Shown: positions 38,930-51,038, counted from the first letter of the stretch. The stretch: 64,000 nt of DNA from Marsupella aquatica (GCA_973895155.1 OZ316898.1:14166330-14230329); one strand, 5' to 3'. Notes: a model not told the origin generated them from the sequence alone. A program made the numbers and translations.

Positions 38930-41390
38930 TGTGCCTGTATCCATAGTCATGGTAGTGGTTTAAGTAGGTATAGGGGATAGGTTAGGGGGTGGCAGATTTG
39001 GATACTTAGCTTCTTGCTCAATCAGGGGTTCAAGTCTCCTCTGCCACATACACTCATTCAGATTGTCAACTCAATTTCCTTTTGGTGCACCTACCTTTCA
39101 CATGAGACTATAAGCATAGGAGATTGCAAATATAAACAACTCATATTGTATATTGCTGAAGCTTCTACTAGCATTGAGATTCTTAGTGGAAGCATCAACA
39201 CTATATACTATAAGTTTTATGATGAGACATCATGGATGCCAAAGGAGCATAGGAGGGCTTGACTAAGACTCGAATAATCTTGACAGACACTAAAAAAAGG
39301 TGCACATTTAACAGAACTTTTCTTTTCTTAGTAAGGTATGTTTAAATGAAGGCAAAACTTTACTTAACCTTTTTTAGGGGTCAAAATCTAAGGATTTGGA
39401 ATTCTTCTAAGTATGATAGGGAGGGAGAAAAAAATATTTTACTTAATAAGTTAGGGTCACAAGGGACCAAAACGTCGAGCGTGGTATGGGGTCCTCTGTA
39501 TACTGAGGCCCCCGAGCAAAGAGTGATAAGATCTTTACAAAGAACAAATGAGATCCAATTTGTATTCAAATATGAAAATGGATGAGTGGCTTGTGGCCGA
39601 GGGCCAATCCGGGACTTTGAATCTGAGGTGGGGTCCATAGACCCACTTGGTATATGCCTCCATTTTTAGGTAGGTCCGTTGATTAGTCCTGCATATTTTG
39701 AAAGAGTAAAAAATGGATGTGATTGGGGTTGTGATGAGCAAGGAAAAATCTGAAATTGTTTTGGAGTTGGATTGACAAACGGGACTCATGGATCCGTGTT
39801 GGTATTCAAACCTCAATATTGAAGTGCGAGGTGTGGCAAGGGCAAAATTTTGGCAAGTGAATACCAAATGGGATCCGTGGATCCGTGTTGGTATTCAAAC
39901 CTCAATATTGAGGTGCGAGGTGTGGTAAAGGCAAAATTTGGTGGGTGAATACCAAATGGGATCCATGGATCTGTGTTGGTATTCAAACCTCAATATCAAG
40001 GTGCAAGGTGCGGCAAGGGCAAATTTTGGCAAGTGATTACCAAATGGGATTCGTGGATCCCATTTGGTATTCATCCTCAATTTTTGTTATTCTCACTAAT
40101 CGAGTCCCTTCAATGAGTTCACAAAAGTGAAGAAAAACTTTATGTGCGGGCTCATTCTTATATAGTTTTGGGGAAGGTATCCATGTGGAGTCCTCTGATT
40201 GGTCGGTACGTATTTTTAAAAAATGTCCTGTGTTGGTATTTGACCCAAAATATTGTTGGAATGGATATAGGAAGTGTTAATTTTGGGGGGTGACAACCAC
40301 ATGGGACCCGTGGATCTCACATGGTATTCAAAGCCCAATATCGTGTTGTTTGTAGTAGTAACACATTATTTTTGGATCCCATTTGGTATTCACCCTTGGT
40401 TTTTCAGAGAAGGTTGTTTTTGGATTTGTTTAGAAAAATGGGATCCATGGATCCCTGTTGGTATTCAAACCTCAATTTCCAGGTGAGCAGTGCGACAATC
40501 GAGTATTTTGAGGTTGAATACCAGATTGGATTATACTTGGATCTAACTTCATATTCAAATTGCGTTTCGGCCCCAAGATGCGCTTGGGTTAACTTAACTG
40601 ACTGTGATGATCAATCATGGTTTGGAGGAAATGTTTTGTGGTAGGTGTTTTTATGCTTAGTAATATTCAAATCCAATTTACCCTTTTTGGTAAATGTGTC
40701 CATCAAACGGTTGAGTTAGCATGTTTTTGATTGATTTTCTTTGATTGAATGCGAAGTGGGATACGCGGTATCCCATTTTGTTTTGCACTACTTGATTGAC
40801 GATCAATGTTTTTTGTTTTTGGTGTGTTTTGAGCCTGGTTTTGAGACGCCTTGATTCAGCTTTCAGAGAGAGGACTTGGAAATCGTTGTTTTAGGCGTTT
40901 TGGAGTTTTCCCTCATTTTAGAGATGAAGTGTTAGGAAATTATAAATTATAGAGATTTGCAAGTTTTGGTTAGAAAGTATCCCGAGTTGGAATCCGATGT
41001 AACGTTGGATCCAATTTTGGATTCTTACTAAAATTCATGTTTTTTGGATAAAATTATGGGATTTTTTGCCATTTTTGGCAAAATTCAAAACACACTTCTC
41101 GTTGGGTGGTCACACTTCCTGTTTGGTCCGTCACTATGTTTAAAGCATTAAATAATCATAATTAGGGATACTCTATTTCAATCAATTTAGTCTTGGAGCA
41201 ACGGTCATTATCAAATTATAGGGAGAATGCAGAGCTCAACTTCTCTGTGAAGCTCGACAGTTCATACAGGTACGTTCATGATCCAAACCTTCACAGCCCA
41301 TGGTTTGTACTAGCCTACCTTATGCAAAATGTAGAAACATTGATTGATCAACTTCATGAAGAAGTGATAGAAAGAAATAAGTCAGGATAC

Positions 41391-42421
41391 CCCTGGGCCC
41401 TCACTCTTACTATATTAAGTGAACCCCCCTGAGAACAAACACCCCCCGTGTACCCCTTCTTAATATTTTTGTTCACAAAAGAAATCCCATTGTTAATGTA
41501 AAAATATTAACTTTTCCTATTAAATTTTATCCTTTTGTAAATTATAATAGAGTTTTTCAAGGAATTGAAAACACCCTTGAATTTTTAGAATTACAAATAT
41601 CATATTGAAATAGATAAAACTTTATCTTTCATAGGGGACTTGTATGTTATGCTCGATCTTCAAGGTACATATTTTATATATAGATAAATAAAATTAGTAC
41701 GAGAGAAAATTATAGTTCTTCCTATAGTTTACACATAGCCATGCACTCTTGTCTTAGTGTTCGCAAAAGTGCCTCTAAATTTCTAGTTTCATAAGTACTA
41801 TATATGTATAATCCAGGAATAATACTCCAAAGTCTGAACCAACTATAACAAACATTGTTGAGCGCCTGAGACCCCTCCCTCAACACACAAACACATCTGG
41901 CCTCATACCTGGTTGTTTGATTCAAGGGAATTCAAAAGTAATCTTGTCCTTCCATGTGGGATTGATCCATGGATCCCCATCAATCCTAGTTTCCCAACCA
42001 AGTTGGGCCCAAAGATTCTGGCCCAACATTTACTCAACTCCCCAGTTAACTCCTAAACATGCGGGTAAACATGTCTACCCAAACCCATTTGTTCCACCAT
42101 AAGGGGACCAACGAAACCAAACTTGCCTTAAGACAATAAATAATTAAATGTTTGATTTACTATATGGACACGTGTGCAAATGAAGTGATGACATGTGTGC
42201 CAACCATATAGTGACGCGTGTACTTGGCATTTTGGGTACCCTTGCATAAGATTTATGTCACATGTATTGATAAGAGTCTTATTACTAATATTGTGGCGAA
42301 TGTATATAGAGGGATATTGCCTACTTTAAAAACTATTATAAAAATTAGTTTGCATTACATTAAAAATACCCTTGCGTTGTTCGCACGTCCTCCCTGTATT
42401 AGTAACACTAAGGGCCCAGGG
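41391..42421 (+). mobile_element. 1.03-kb non-autonomous element, CCCTGGGCCCT-TIR family
   Basis: TIR CCCTGGGCCCT; perfect 8-bp TSD CAGGATAC (41383-41390, 42422-42429). Confidence 0.9.
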
Positions 42422-42780
42422 CAGGATACAAAATAATGGTAGCTTGCAGCCCTGCTCATTCATGACTGTCCGCTAATTGCAAGGAACTGTCCACTAATCG
42501 CAAGGAATAATTTGTTTGTATAACAAATTAAGGGTATTATCAAAGATTATAATAACCTAGGAGGATTTTATATATAGGACTGAAATTTCTTTTTAGAATG
42601 AACAAGATAGATTTAAAATAATGTTCCTCCAAAATATAACAACCTTGGGGTACCTGGGGAGGCTTTAATTTGGTCACAGGTATATCTCATTACATTTCCC
42701 TTAGTGAGGGCCCAGGGGATTAAGGATAATCAGGTCATTGGGATTTGGGAAGCTATCAAGAACACTCAACAACCATTGTG

Positions 42781-42888
42781 CTCGGGGGGGTCACTTTCCT
42801 CAAAAGTGCCACATCATGTGCGACGAAGTATAGGGCCATTTAATTGGGTTCGGTGGAAGACTTCCAAAGATTTGTGGAAGAACAACAG
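42781..42888 (+). mobile_element. Left part of a CTCGGGGG-family MITE interrupted by the Sola-like element; continues at ~62684-62735
   Basis: Homologous to 7749-7860. The sequence after 62683 (..CTTTAAAGAACAATAGGC..) matches the continuation seen at ~7860-7910. Confidence 0.75.
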
Positions 42889-43156
42889 AACCCCAATTTA
42901 AGGAAAACCGAACTTTGGAAATTCCGAAAATCACTAAATATTATTATTTTAATAAAAAGGGGGCGACATGACGCGTGGCTGCGCGTGAAACCCTAAAAAT
43001 AACTGCAACGTCACATTTTAACCAATCCAACTTGACGGGACCAAGAGACATGCTCACGCGAATAATAATAACAAAGAAATAAATCTTTGAGATCCTTTAT
43101 ATATGATAACCAGTATATAAGGAGTTTACAAATGGTTTCTAGAACGACAATACAAA

Positions 43157-43900
43157 TTAATCTGATCTCATGCCGACTATTATTTTGGAAGCGTCCAAAA
43201 TTGGGCATCTGTTAAATTGCTCTACTAGATATCTATCTCCATGCCTCTGAATCACAGGGTCTTCCCATAGAGTATGATTATAATCATAATCTCTAAAAAT
43301 AGATTTAACTGACCAATCAGGATAATCTCTTCCATTGGCAATAACAAGCGGCTCACAAGAGTTTGCTAGCTTGCTAAGATACGGAATCAACAAGTTAATC
43401 AGGAAACTGTCGTCGACCGACCCAAAATATTTGGGCGGAAATAATGATCCAATAACAGGATCTAAACAAGCATGAAATGCATCGGATTCGATAAACATTA
43501 TATTTTGCTGCAAATACGCCTTCATATAAATTCCAACCTTCTCAAAACACTTCAAAAATATCCACTTATTTGATGTCACCCCATCGCATAAGTAACAATG
43601 AGACTAATCCCAAATATACTTAAATGAGGCCATTTCCATCGCAGTAAAAATAGATGCTAAAATCTGATCTAAAAGGTTCTTCCCAAGAGAGGACCAGATC
43701 CCTACATCGAAATTCTCAAAATAGAATCTCAAGAATTCGTGAAGATGAGGCCTTGGAAAAATGTATATATTCCCAATCCAAATTCCAGTTGAGACCGCCA
43801 TCAGTTGGGAACGCGGTGCAGTGTAACAGAGTAGATGCTCCACGTCTAAAACTAGAGCCCATTTTCTCTGCTGCAATGAATCTCCTATAGAGAAACACAA
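43157..43900 (-). pseudogene. FCP1/NIF-like HAD phosphatase domain, copy 3 (catalytic motif degenerate; internal stop)
   Basis: ALVLDVEHLL...IFPRPHLHEFL..FENFDVGIWSS...YIWD*...FLKCFEKV...NIMFIES. Confidence 0.7.
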
Positions 43901-44099
43901 GAAGATGCATGAGCCCGTATGGATGTAGTCACACGAATGGTCGCGTCACATATTACAGAGAAAACATCCTCTACACTCTGGCCATTGATAAGTGACGTCT
44001 GTTGAAGTGCTTGATAAGAACTTGATCCGCATGTCTCTGCACGTGCAGATGCTCCCATATATCCTCGTTCAGATCCCAATCTCAATGTAGATTTCTAAT

Positions 44100-44677
44100 C
44101 GACCAGATGGGATAATCGAACTTGTTAGCGAACGCAAGACAAAGCCCTAAATTTGATAGCTTTCATAAATATGGAATGAGGTCATCCCTAAAAAAGACAT
44201 CATCCAATGATCCTTGAAACGACTTAGCGAACAATAATCCGCATACAGCTGTCTGGCATGTATGGGAAGGACAGGCATCAATCTGGATTATATTCTCTGG
44301 TCGATAATCTTGAAACATATCACGTAGTCTCTCGATAGATTTGAAGACAACAGTCTTATAATTTTTCTTCACATAACCAAGATTTCAGCAATGATCCTGC
44401 GTGAACACATATATCAGTTGCGACAGGTCGGTGCTCGACAACACTTCTGAAAGTATCTGATAAACCAGTTTATCATCGAGAATAGACCAGACCATCACAT
44501 CAAAATGATCATAACAGAATTTTATAAGATCATGAAGATGCGGCCTCGGAATGACACATAGAGATCCGATACGAATTCCGGGTGTCGACTGAGCTGAGGA
44601 GTATATTTTGAAACAGAGCACAGGAAGTTTTCCAGTCCTAAAACTAGAAGTTGACGCAACCTGCTCCACTTAGACAC
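44100..44677 (-). pseudogene. FCP1/NIF-like HAD domain, copy 2 (frameshift and stop)
   Basis: LLVLGLENFLC / IPRPHLHDLIKFCYDHFDVMVWS...FTQDHC*...VFKSIERL...PENIIQIDACP. Confidence 0.7.
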
Positions 44678-44808
44678 CTGCAAATGAACAATTCGATTAT
44701 CATATTATGCAATTGCAAACAACCACGCGACCGGGCGCGTCACTCCCAAAATATAAAGTTCAATTTCAATCAATTTATAAATAATAATTGATAATAAACA
44801 ATAAACGT

Positions 44809-45714
44809 TTACTTATTGGACTTATCCCGGGCTTCTATAGCACGGTCTTTTTCTGCAGATAAGTATTTCATAAATTCGTCAAACTTTTCTAAATGGTCTT
44901 TATTCCCCTGATTACGAATGATCACATTTCTCCTCCAAAGATTCGTCTTATCAATATAATCTTTCTCAAGATTTTCTTGAGAGAACGTTGGAATCCCATA
45001 TCCACGAAGGAGCTCGCGGAATGTCAACTTGTCAATTGACATGTCGCATAGATATGGATATAGTTTCTTTCTAAAAAATAGGTCATCATCGAGCCCAGAA
45101 TATGCATCGGGATACAACGATGAATAGAAGTCATTAAGACTCGTCTTATATGCAGCGTCATCGATAAGAATGACATTCTCGATGTTGTAATCTTTAATAT
45201 CGGCGGCAATGTCGGAGAGACATTTGACAAATAAGGGGATGTCATTATTATTCTTCCCTATAAGTCGAGTTGATTCTTGTCCCCATATAAATTTAATACG
45301 TTTCAAAACTTTGGGTCGAAGTATCAGCCTTACACAAGATAGAATATTCCATTTGAACATGCACGACCAGATCGCAATGTTGTATAGATCTGCCACCTTC
45401 TCAAGAAATTCCATTAAATCAGGCCTTGGATAGATAACCTTGTGCATCTGTCTCATACCCCTTGACCGAATGGGCATCCCAGGGATGATCTTCTCTGACC
45501 AGATAAGTACCCGATTCAGATCGAAAATTACAAGTCTCTTCTGAACCGATGACTTCTTTGCCGATGGATTAGGCGCCATCTGTACCTGTGATTTTTGTGC
45601 CGCAGGGTTTGCAGAACGTACTAGAACTGTCTGTTTGTTTCCCGCCTCCGGACGATCACCAAACTTCCGGACTGGTGCCTTCGATACTCGATCGGGGGGT
45701 TTCAGGATAGGCTT
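44809..45714 (-). CDS. FCP1/NIF-like HAD phosphatase domain, copy 1; spliced in frame to the Ulp1 exon
   Basis: KRLVIFDLNRVL...PRPDLMEFLE...YNIAIWS...FIWGQE...VKCLS...ENVILIDDAAYKT; the frame is open from the splice acceptor at 45715. Confidence 0.8.
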   Translation of the reverse strand, partial: KPILKPPDRVSKAPVRKFGDRPEAGNKQTVLVRSANPAAQKSQVQMAPNPSAKKSSVQKRLVIFDLNRVLIWSEKIIPGMPIRSRGMRQMHKVIYPRPDLMEFLEKVADLYNIAIWSCMFKWNILSCVRLILRPKVLKRIKFIWGQESTRLIGKNNNDIPLFVKCLSDIAADIKDYNIENVILIDDAAYKTSLNDFYSSLYPDAYSGLDDDLFFRKKLYPYLCDMSIDKLTFRELLRGYGIPTFSQENLEKDYIDKTNLWRRNVIIRNQGNKDHLEKFDEFMKYLSAEKDRAIEARDKSNK

Positions 45715-45800
45715 CTGTAAAACATTAAGAAATGAAAATAAGTTTATAACGCGAACAATCGCGTGACTACAAAGAGAGACACTGAAATGAAGTGTATTAC

Positions 45801-46535
45801 CTGTACAAGACGGTCGTTCAGTGCTGGAATTCCTCCGGAAATGTCAATCATAGCAGCACGGATCCCGGTAACTAGGTTACTTGCGGACGTCGGCTTGCGG
45901 AAGTCCATGTCAAATAACGACAAGACTATCTCCCTACGGAATTTCTCAATTTGATCCGCGGCAAAATTAATTTTGTTTCCTTGACACAAGCACTTGGCGT
46001 ATCTCAAGATAAACACACCACAACTGTGGCCGTCACTCTGGTGAGGAATATCATTCCGATATATCCGTTCCCAACCTGAGAGATCCAAGTTGACACCAGT
46101 TCTCCAGCCAATTTTGTCGGCGTAGTACTTCCCAACAATATCTAGCACCCTAGGATTTTGTCGATTATGAACTAGAGAATCTAGGTACTCCAGCCGTTTC
46201 TCCTTCGGATACACAACTACCAATGACCAATGTTCTTTCACAGCATTGTGTACTGGAAAGACCAGTTTGTCGTATTGACTGATTTTTAGCGAAAACTCCT
46301 TTGTCCAAGCTGCTCTCTCCTCGTCGAAAATGGTAGGATCCATGGAGAGAAGCTCAAAATGGTGTGTTTGAAAGAATTTGACAAGGTCTGACTTTCCAAC
46401 TCTATCGAGAATCAGTTCGAGAAAACTCAAATAAGCGTTAATTATATCATCGGTGAGCAACTCGCGCGGTCTCAGACACATCATATGTTTCCTCTTGATC
46501 GAGTGTTGTAAGAACTTGGTCAATAGCTCTTCCAT
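45801..46535 (-). CDS. Ulp1/SENP-family (peptidase C48) ubiquitin-like protease
   Basis: LTDDIINAYL, FPVH...HWSLVV, YLDSL and PHQSDGHSCGVF give an intact His-Asp-Cys triad and oxyanion Gln. Confidence 0.92.
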
Positions 46536-46722
46536 ATCCTTAGAAGGATCAAGACATTGATCTATTCAACTAGCCAAATTTTCAAAAAACTGCAAAAAAC
46601 AGAGATTTCAGTATGCCTTCAAATAACGTACTGAGGTTGTAGCCTAAGGGTTCTACCTCAGAAAACAGAAACAATAACAAATCAATAATAAAATAATGAC
46701 GTCTATAATAGAAACTTTAAGC

Positions 46723-48422
46723 TTATAGCTTGCGAATGACCTTTGGATTGGGTGGATCCGGCCTTTTCGCAGTTGATCTCTTGGGTGCCTCAATCGCAAC
46801 AACATCCTTCAGCCCTCCTCGAGACCGCAGTGATCGCTCCACCGGACCAGTTTGCGAAGGTTGGAGCGATGAGGCGGGAAGACCTTCAAATGGTTGTGGC
46901 ATTTGATTGAAATATTCCACAATCTGGGAATCCGATTCCAAAATATCCGGTGCCACAATTTCTGCGCGAGTGACCTCTGCAATATATCGGGGTCGAGACC
47001 ACGAACCCGGTCGCGTCAAGTCAGCTGTTAGTCTCTTAACGACTTGAGCCAAGTCTGGTGCCAAAGACGTTCCCAGGTCTTGCACTCGATTCTCGGAAAA
47101 GCGGACATTATTGATGATTGTCTCCATTTTGGATGCAGTGGCAGTCTTCTCCTCGGTAATCAAAAGACCCTTCCAATATTGCAAAGCAAGGACTACCTGG
47201 ACTCGGAGCTGCTCCGGTGAATATTTATTCCAATCATCCAACGAGACCGTACTTAAGGGTGGATCGTTAAATTCAAACTCCGGGCGAAGAAAATAGTCTA
47301 ATATTTTCTTCTTAACTGCAACTGAGGGTGAAGAAGGCTTCTTCAAATTCAGCCTTATTTTTGGTAGACATTGTGCCTCGGGAATAAGCAAAAGATCCTT
47401 GGCCCTCTCGGCCTCCTTCCTCGCTGCCTCCAGTCTTGCGGCTTCTTCTCTCTCCGGTCTTGCGGAATCGACCTTTTCCGCCTCCAACTTCTCCACCTCC
47501 ACCCTCTCCGGTCTTGCGGTCTCGTCCGCCATCCTCTCGGCCAGCAACCTCTCAGCCGCCACACTCTCCGCCTTGGCCCTATTTGCCTCTGTCACTAAAA
47601 GGACTCTCACAGCCTGGGCTTTCTCAGCCTGGGCTTTCTCAGCCTGGGCTTTCTCAGCCTGGGCTTTCTTAGCCTCGGCTTTCTCAGCCTCGGCTTTTTC
47701 AGCCTCCGCGTTCTCAGCCTCCGCGTTCTCAGCCTCCGCTTTCTCAGCCTCGGCTTTCTCGGCCTGGGCTTTCTCAGCCTCAGCTTTCTCCTTCTTCTTC
47801 GCGGCAGTTGCTTTTCTAGCTGCTGCCTTTTTCTTCTTAGCCTCCTTCTTTTGAAGCTCCTCTTGCCGGGCCGCCTTTTGCCGGGCCGCCTCTTGCTGGG
47901 CCGCCTCCTCTCTGGCCTCCTCCTGCCGGGCCGCCTCCTTCTTTTAAAGCTCCTCTTGCCGGGCCGCCTCCTTCTTTTGAAGCTCCTCTTGTCGGGCCGC
48001 CTCCTGCCGGGCCGCCTCCTGCCGGGCCACCTCCTGCCTGGCCGCCTCCTGCCGGGCCTCCTCCAGCCGGGCCTCCTCCAGCCGGGCCTCCTCCTGCCAG
48101 ACCGCCTCCTCTTTGGCCTCCTCCTGCCGGGCCGCCTCCTCTCGGTCCACCTCATGTCGAGGCTCTTGTGTGGCCTCTTCATCAAAGTCCTCAGCGTCCT
48201 CAGAACCCTCCATCTCCTCGTCCTCTTCATCAGCGTCCTCAGCGTCCTTCATCTCCTCTCCGTCACTCTCTTCATCTCCTCTATTGTCGGAATCTCCATC
48301 CACTTCTTGAATGTTTCGTCCTCCATTGTAAAGAGAAACGGAGCCAATTCTCCAAATTTCATCATTTCGTTCTTCCCCATTTGAGCCCATGGGCAAACAA
48401 AACTCGTAGCTCTCATAAATAC
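46723..48422 (-). pseudogene. Acidic and charged coiled-coil linker region of the cargo protein (EAARQ and AEKAQ/E pentapeptide repeats), frameshifted
   Basis: 15-bp tandem repeats at ~47610-48140; ORFs 47944-48447 and 46723-47610. Confidence 0.6.
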
Positions 48423-48521
48423 CTGAAAAACAATGGAAACATGACAATTCTAAGCTTGACTTGACCGTTCGCGTGACAAAAGTTTAAACGATAATGTGAT
48501 CGAAGAGGGTTATTTATATAC

Positions 48522-51038
48522 CTTCGAATTTGGATGACAATAATGTGATCCAGGCCGCCCAAATGAGTTCCAGATATTACGACACTGTCGTACAATGGTG
48601 AGAAACTGTCCTTCTTCCATTGATGTTTGATGACAGTGGTTCAGAGCTTTCGATAATCCCATCAAATGAACATTATTGTCGTTGTTGAGCGTTGCCCAAA
48701 ACATTACAGCTTCTACAGTACCGCAAGCATCTCGTACAACTTGGCTGACTTTGTCGTCCTCTTTCAGCAATTTGTACACCATTATTGTGTGCTGGCCTCC
48801 GAGTATCCAGAAATGACTGGTCATAATGTCCTCGTCCTTTGGCGCCGAATCGTAGGGCGCCCCATTGTAGTCGGGATCTCTGTCGGCCTCCGACTGAACC
48901 CACTTCACAAGGACTAAAAAGCAGCATCGCTTTTCGAACTTTATAGCCGAATGAGAGAGGAGTGAATTCTTTAGCCTATCTGTGTAATCCTGATTCCACT
49001 CTCGGCACTTGATGTGGTCCGGTGCAAGATGACAACGTGATGTCTCAACAAAAAATGACTTGTTGTTAAATATATTCACAGCACTATATTCTTTGAGGAA
49101 AGAATCGAATAGAGCCCCGACATTCGCTGAGGTAATTACTTTCGGAAGATTCTCCGCCGAGTATACTTCAACCTTGCTCACTGGCGGGGCCTTTCCCAAG
49201 CGAAATCCCTGGTTGAAAGGAACTCTCTGGAACTCAAGTACGTCAATAATGTATTGACAAATCAAATCCCCTGGGCCCTCAGCGTTACTAATGCAAGGAG
49301 GACGTGCGAACAACGCAAGGGTATTTTTAATGTAATGCAAACTAATTTTTATAATGTTTTTTAAAGTAGGCAACATCCATGTATATACATTCATCACAAT
49401 ATTAGTAATAAGGCTCTTATCAAATACATGTCACATTAATCTTATGCAAGGGTACCTAAAATGCCAAGGACACATGTCACTATATGGTTGGCACACATGT
49501 CATCACTTCATTGGCACACATGTCCATATAGTAAATCAGACATTTAATTATTTATCCTCTTAAGGCAAGTTTGGTTTCATGGGCTTGCATGGTAGACTTG
49601 TTTACCTGCATGTGTTAAGTAAATGTTGGGCCAGGATTTTGGGGCCCAACTCATTTGGGGTTCTGGGATTGATGGGGACCCATGAATCAATCCCACATAG
49701 ACAAACAAGATTACTTTTGAATTCCCTCGAATCAAATGGCCAGGTATGAGGCCAGGTGTGTTTGTGTGTGGGTTGGTGTACTCCCTTGATCATTGGGTTG
49801 GGGGTGGTACCCGGTGCTCACAGTTGTTTGATTGCAGAGATGGCAGGAAAATTACCCACCATGTCTAAGTAACAATTTCAGCCAAAGGAGATTTGATGGT
49901 ATTACTCTCCACAATTTTCAGTAGTCATTTTTTGTATTATTAGTACTTTGTGTCTAGAATATATATGATTAATGTGTGGTTTGATGTGTCAAGTTGCATG
50001 AAAGAAGTTGCCAAAAACTCTACTTATCATTTGGTGTTAATGGTTGATGTCATACCATTCTTAGTCAAGATAGAATAATTTAGCAATTGGAGTTTACATA
50101 AATAGTATATATGCAATTATTCCTCCAAGGATATAGCATAGCATAATAATGCCTTTGTACTAGTTCAGTTTATCTCTATGAGGTCTACAAGTTGCCTGAG
50201 TTATAGTCATATACTCTAGGAAGAACTATAAATCTTTAGTACTAATTTTGTTATGATCTATATAAAATATGTACCGTGAACATCAGCGTAACATAATATT
50301 TCCCTATGCAAAATAGAATCTTTTATGGTTCAGTATGATATTTACAATTTTTAAAAATTCAAGGGTTTTTTTAATTTCTTGAAAAACTCTGTTATAATTT
50401 ACAAAAGGATAAATTTTTATAGGAAAAAATAATGTTTTTACATTAACAATGGATTTTTTTTTGTGAACAAAAATATTAAGAAGGGGTACACGGGGGGTGT
50501 CTGTTCTCAGGGGGGTTCACTTAATATAGTAAGAGTGAGGGCCTAGGGATCAAATCTCCCGTTGATCCCTCTGGATCGGAAGGATATCCCACACTAGTAA
50601 CCTTTTCCAAGGCGTGCCTTGCACCTAGAAGATCATCGATTCTGGGCTGATTGAAGGTTACATATTGCGTTTGATCCAAACAAATGCTTATTTTGTCCTC
50701 CTGCTGGTCGTCGCTGACTAGCAGAACCAACACTCTTTAACTTTCATGTTCTTCTCAAAGAAACACCCGAGAATTTGTGATCTCTCCAAAACTGTAGCTT
50801 TATCATTTTTTGCCACCACAAGATGACAGCGCCATTGCGAACGACTATTCCAAAATTGGATATCTCAGTCGATTCAAAGAGATGGATACTCTTTGTCTCC
50901 GTTGTTCTCTCTCTGATTGACTTTCCTCGATATGCAAGTATGGATGTCTCCGCGGGAGTCATTTTTGTCTTGGCTTTCTTACGAGAAGCAGCTTTAGACG
51001 AGTCTCTTTTCTACTTTGAAGTTCCGGTAGGATCCATT
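48522..51038 (-). pseudogene. ParB/Sulfiredoxin-like (DGQHR-type) domain exon, interrupted by a MITE
   Basis: CREWNQDYTDRLKNSL...FWILGGQHTIM...ALN. Removing 49269-50548 and one TSD restores GSTGDLI|CQYIID in frame. Confidence 0.6.
49269..50548 (-). mobile_element. 1.28-kb non-autonomous element, CCCTGGGCCCT-TIR family; inverted relative to 41391-42421
   Basis: Perfect 8-bp TSD ATCAAATC (49261-49268, 50549-50556); both ends homologous to the 41391 copy. Confidence 0.92.

Larger units (their letters stand above)
30351..39516 (+). mobile_element. Full-length (9.17 kb) P-element-like DNA transposon, now inactivated
   Basis: Perfect 8-bp TSD CAAAGAGT (30343-30350, 39517-39524); imperfect TIR CCCGGGGTCCTCACT versus rc CTCGGGGGCCTCAGT; contains the transposase and PHD ORFs. 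Confidence 0.9.
28613..41140. mobile_element. Non-autonomous TIR element (~3.35 kb of its own sequence) with a 4-bp TSD, split by the P-like element
   Basis: 17-bp perfect TIR AACATAGTGACGGACCA; TSD TAAA (28609-28612, 41141-41144); many TGGGATAC..GTATCCCA / GGTATTCAA motifs on both sides of the insertion. Confidence 0.8.

Noticed and set aside
28615-41138. CATAGTG ends as the termini of the P-like transposon
   Set aside because: There is no 7-8-bp TSD at those ends. The transposase is bounded by inner TIRs with a perfect 8-bp TSD at 30351-39516.
47355-48464. Arg-rich, Leu-rich and Ser/Ala-rich ORFs in alternative frames
   Set aside because: They are shadow frames of the 15-bp coding repeats.
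49269-49397. N-terminus (MMNVYTW...) of ORF 48510-49397
   Set aside because: It is derived from the inserted MITE; the real upstream frame continues beyond 50548.
41391-50548. One 9-kb element with ~1-kb terminal inverted repeats enclosing the Ulp1/FCP1 genes
   Set aside because: Each repeat has its own TIR pair and its own distinct 8-bp TSD, so they are two independent insertions in opposite orientation. One lies outside and one inside the Sola-like element.
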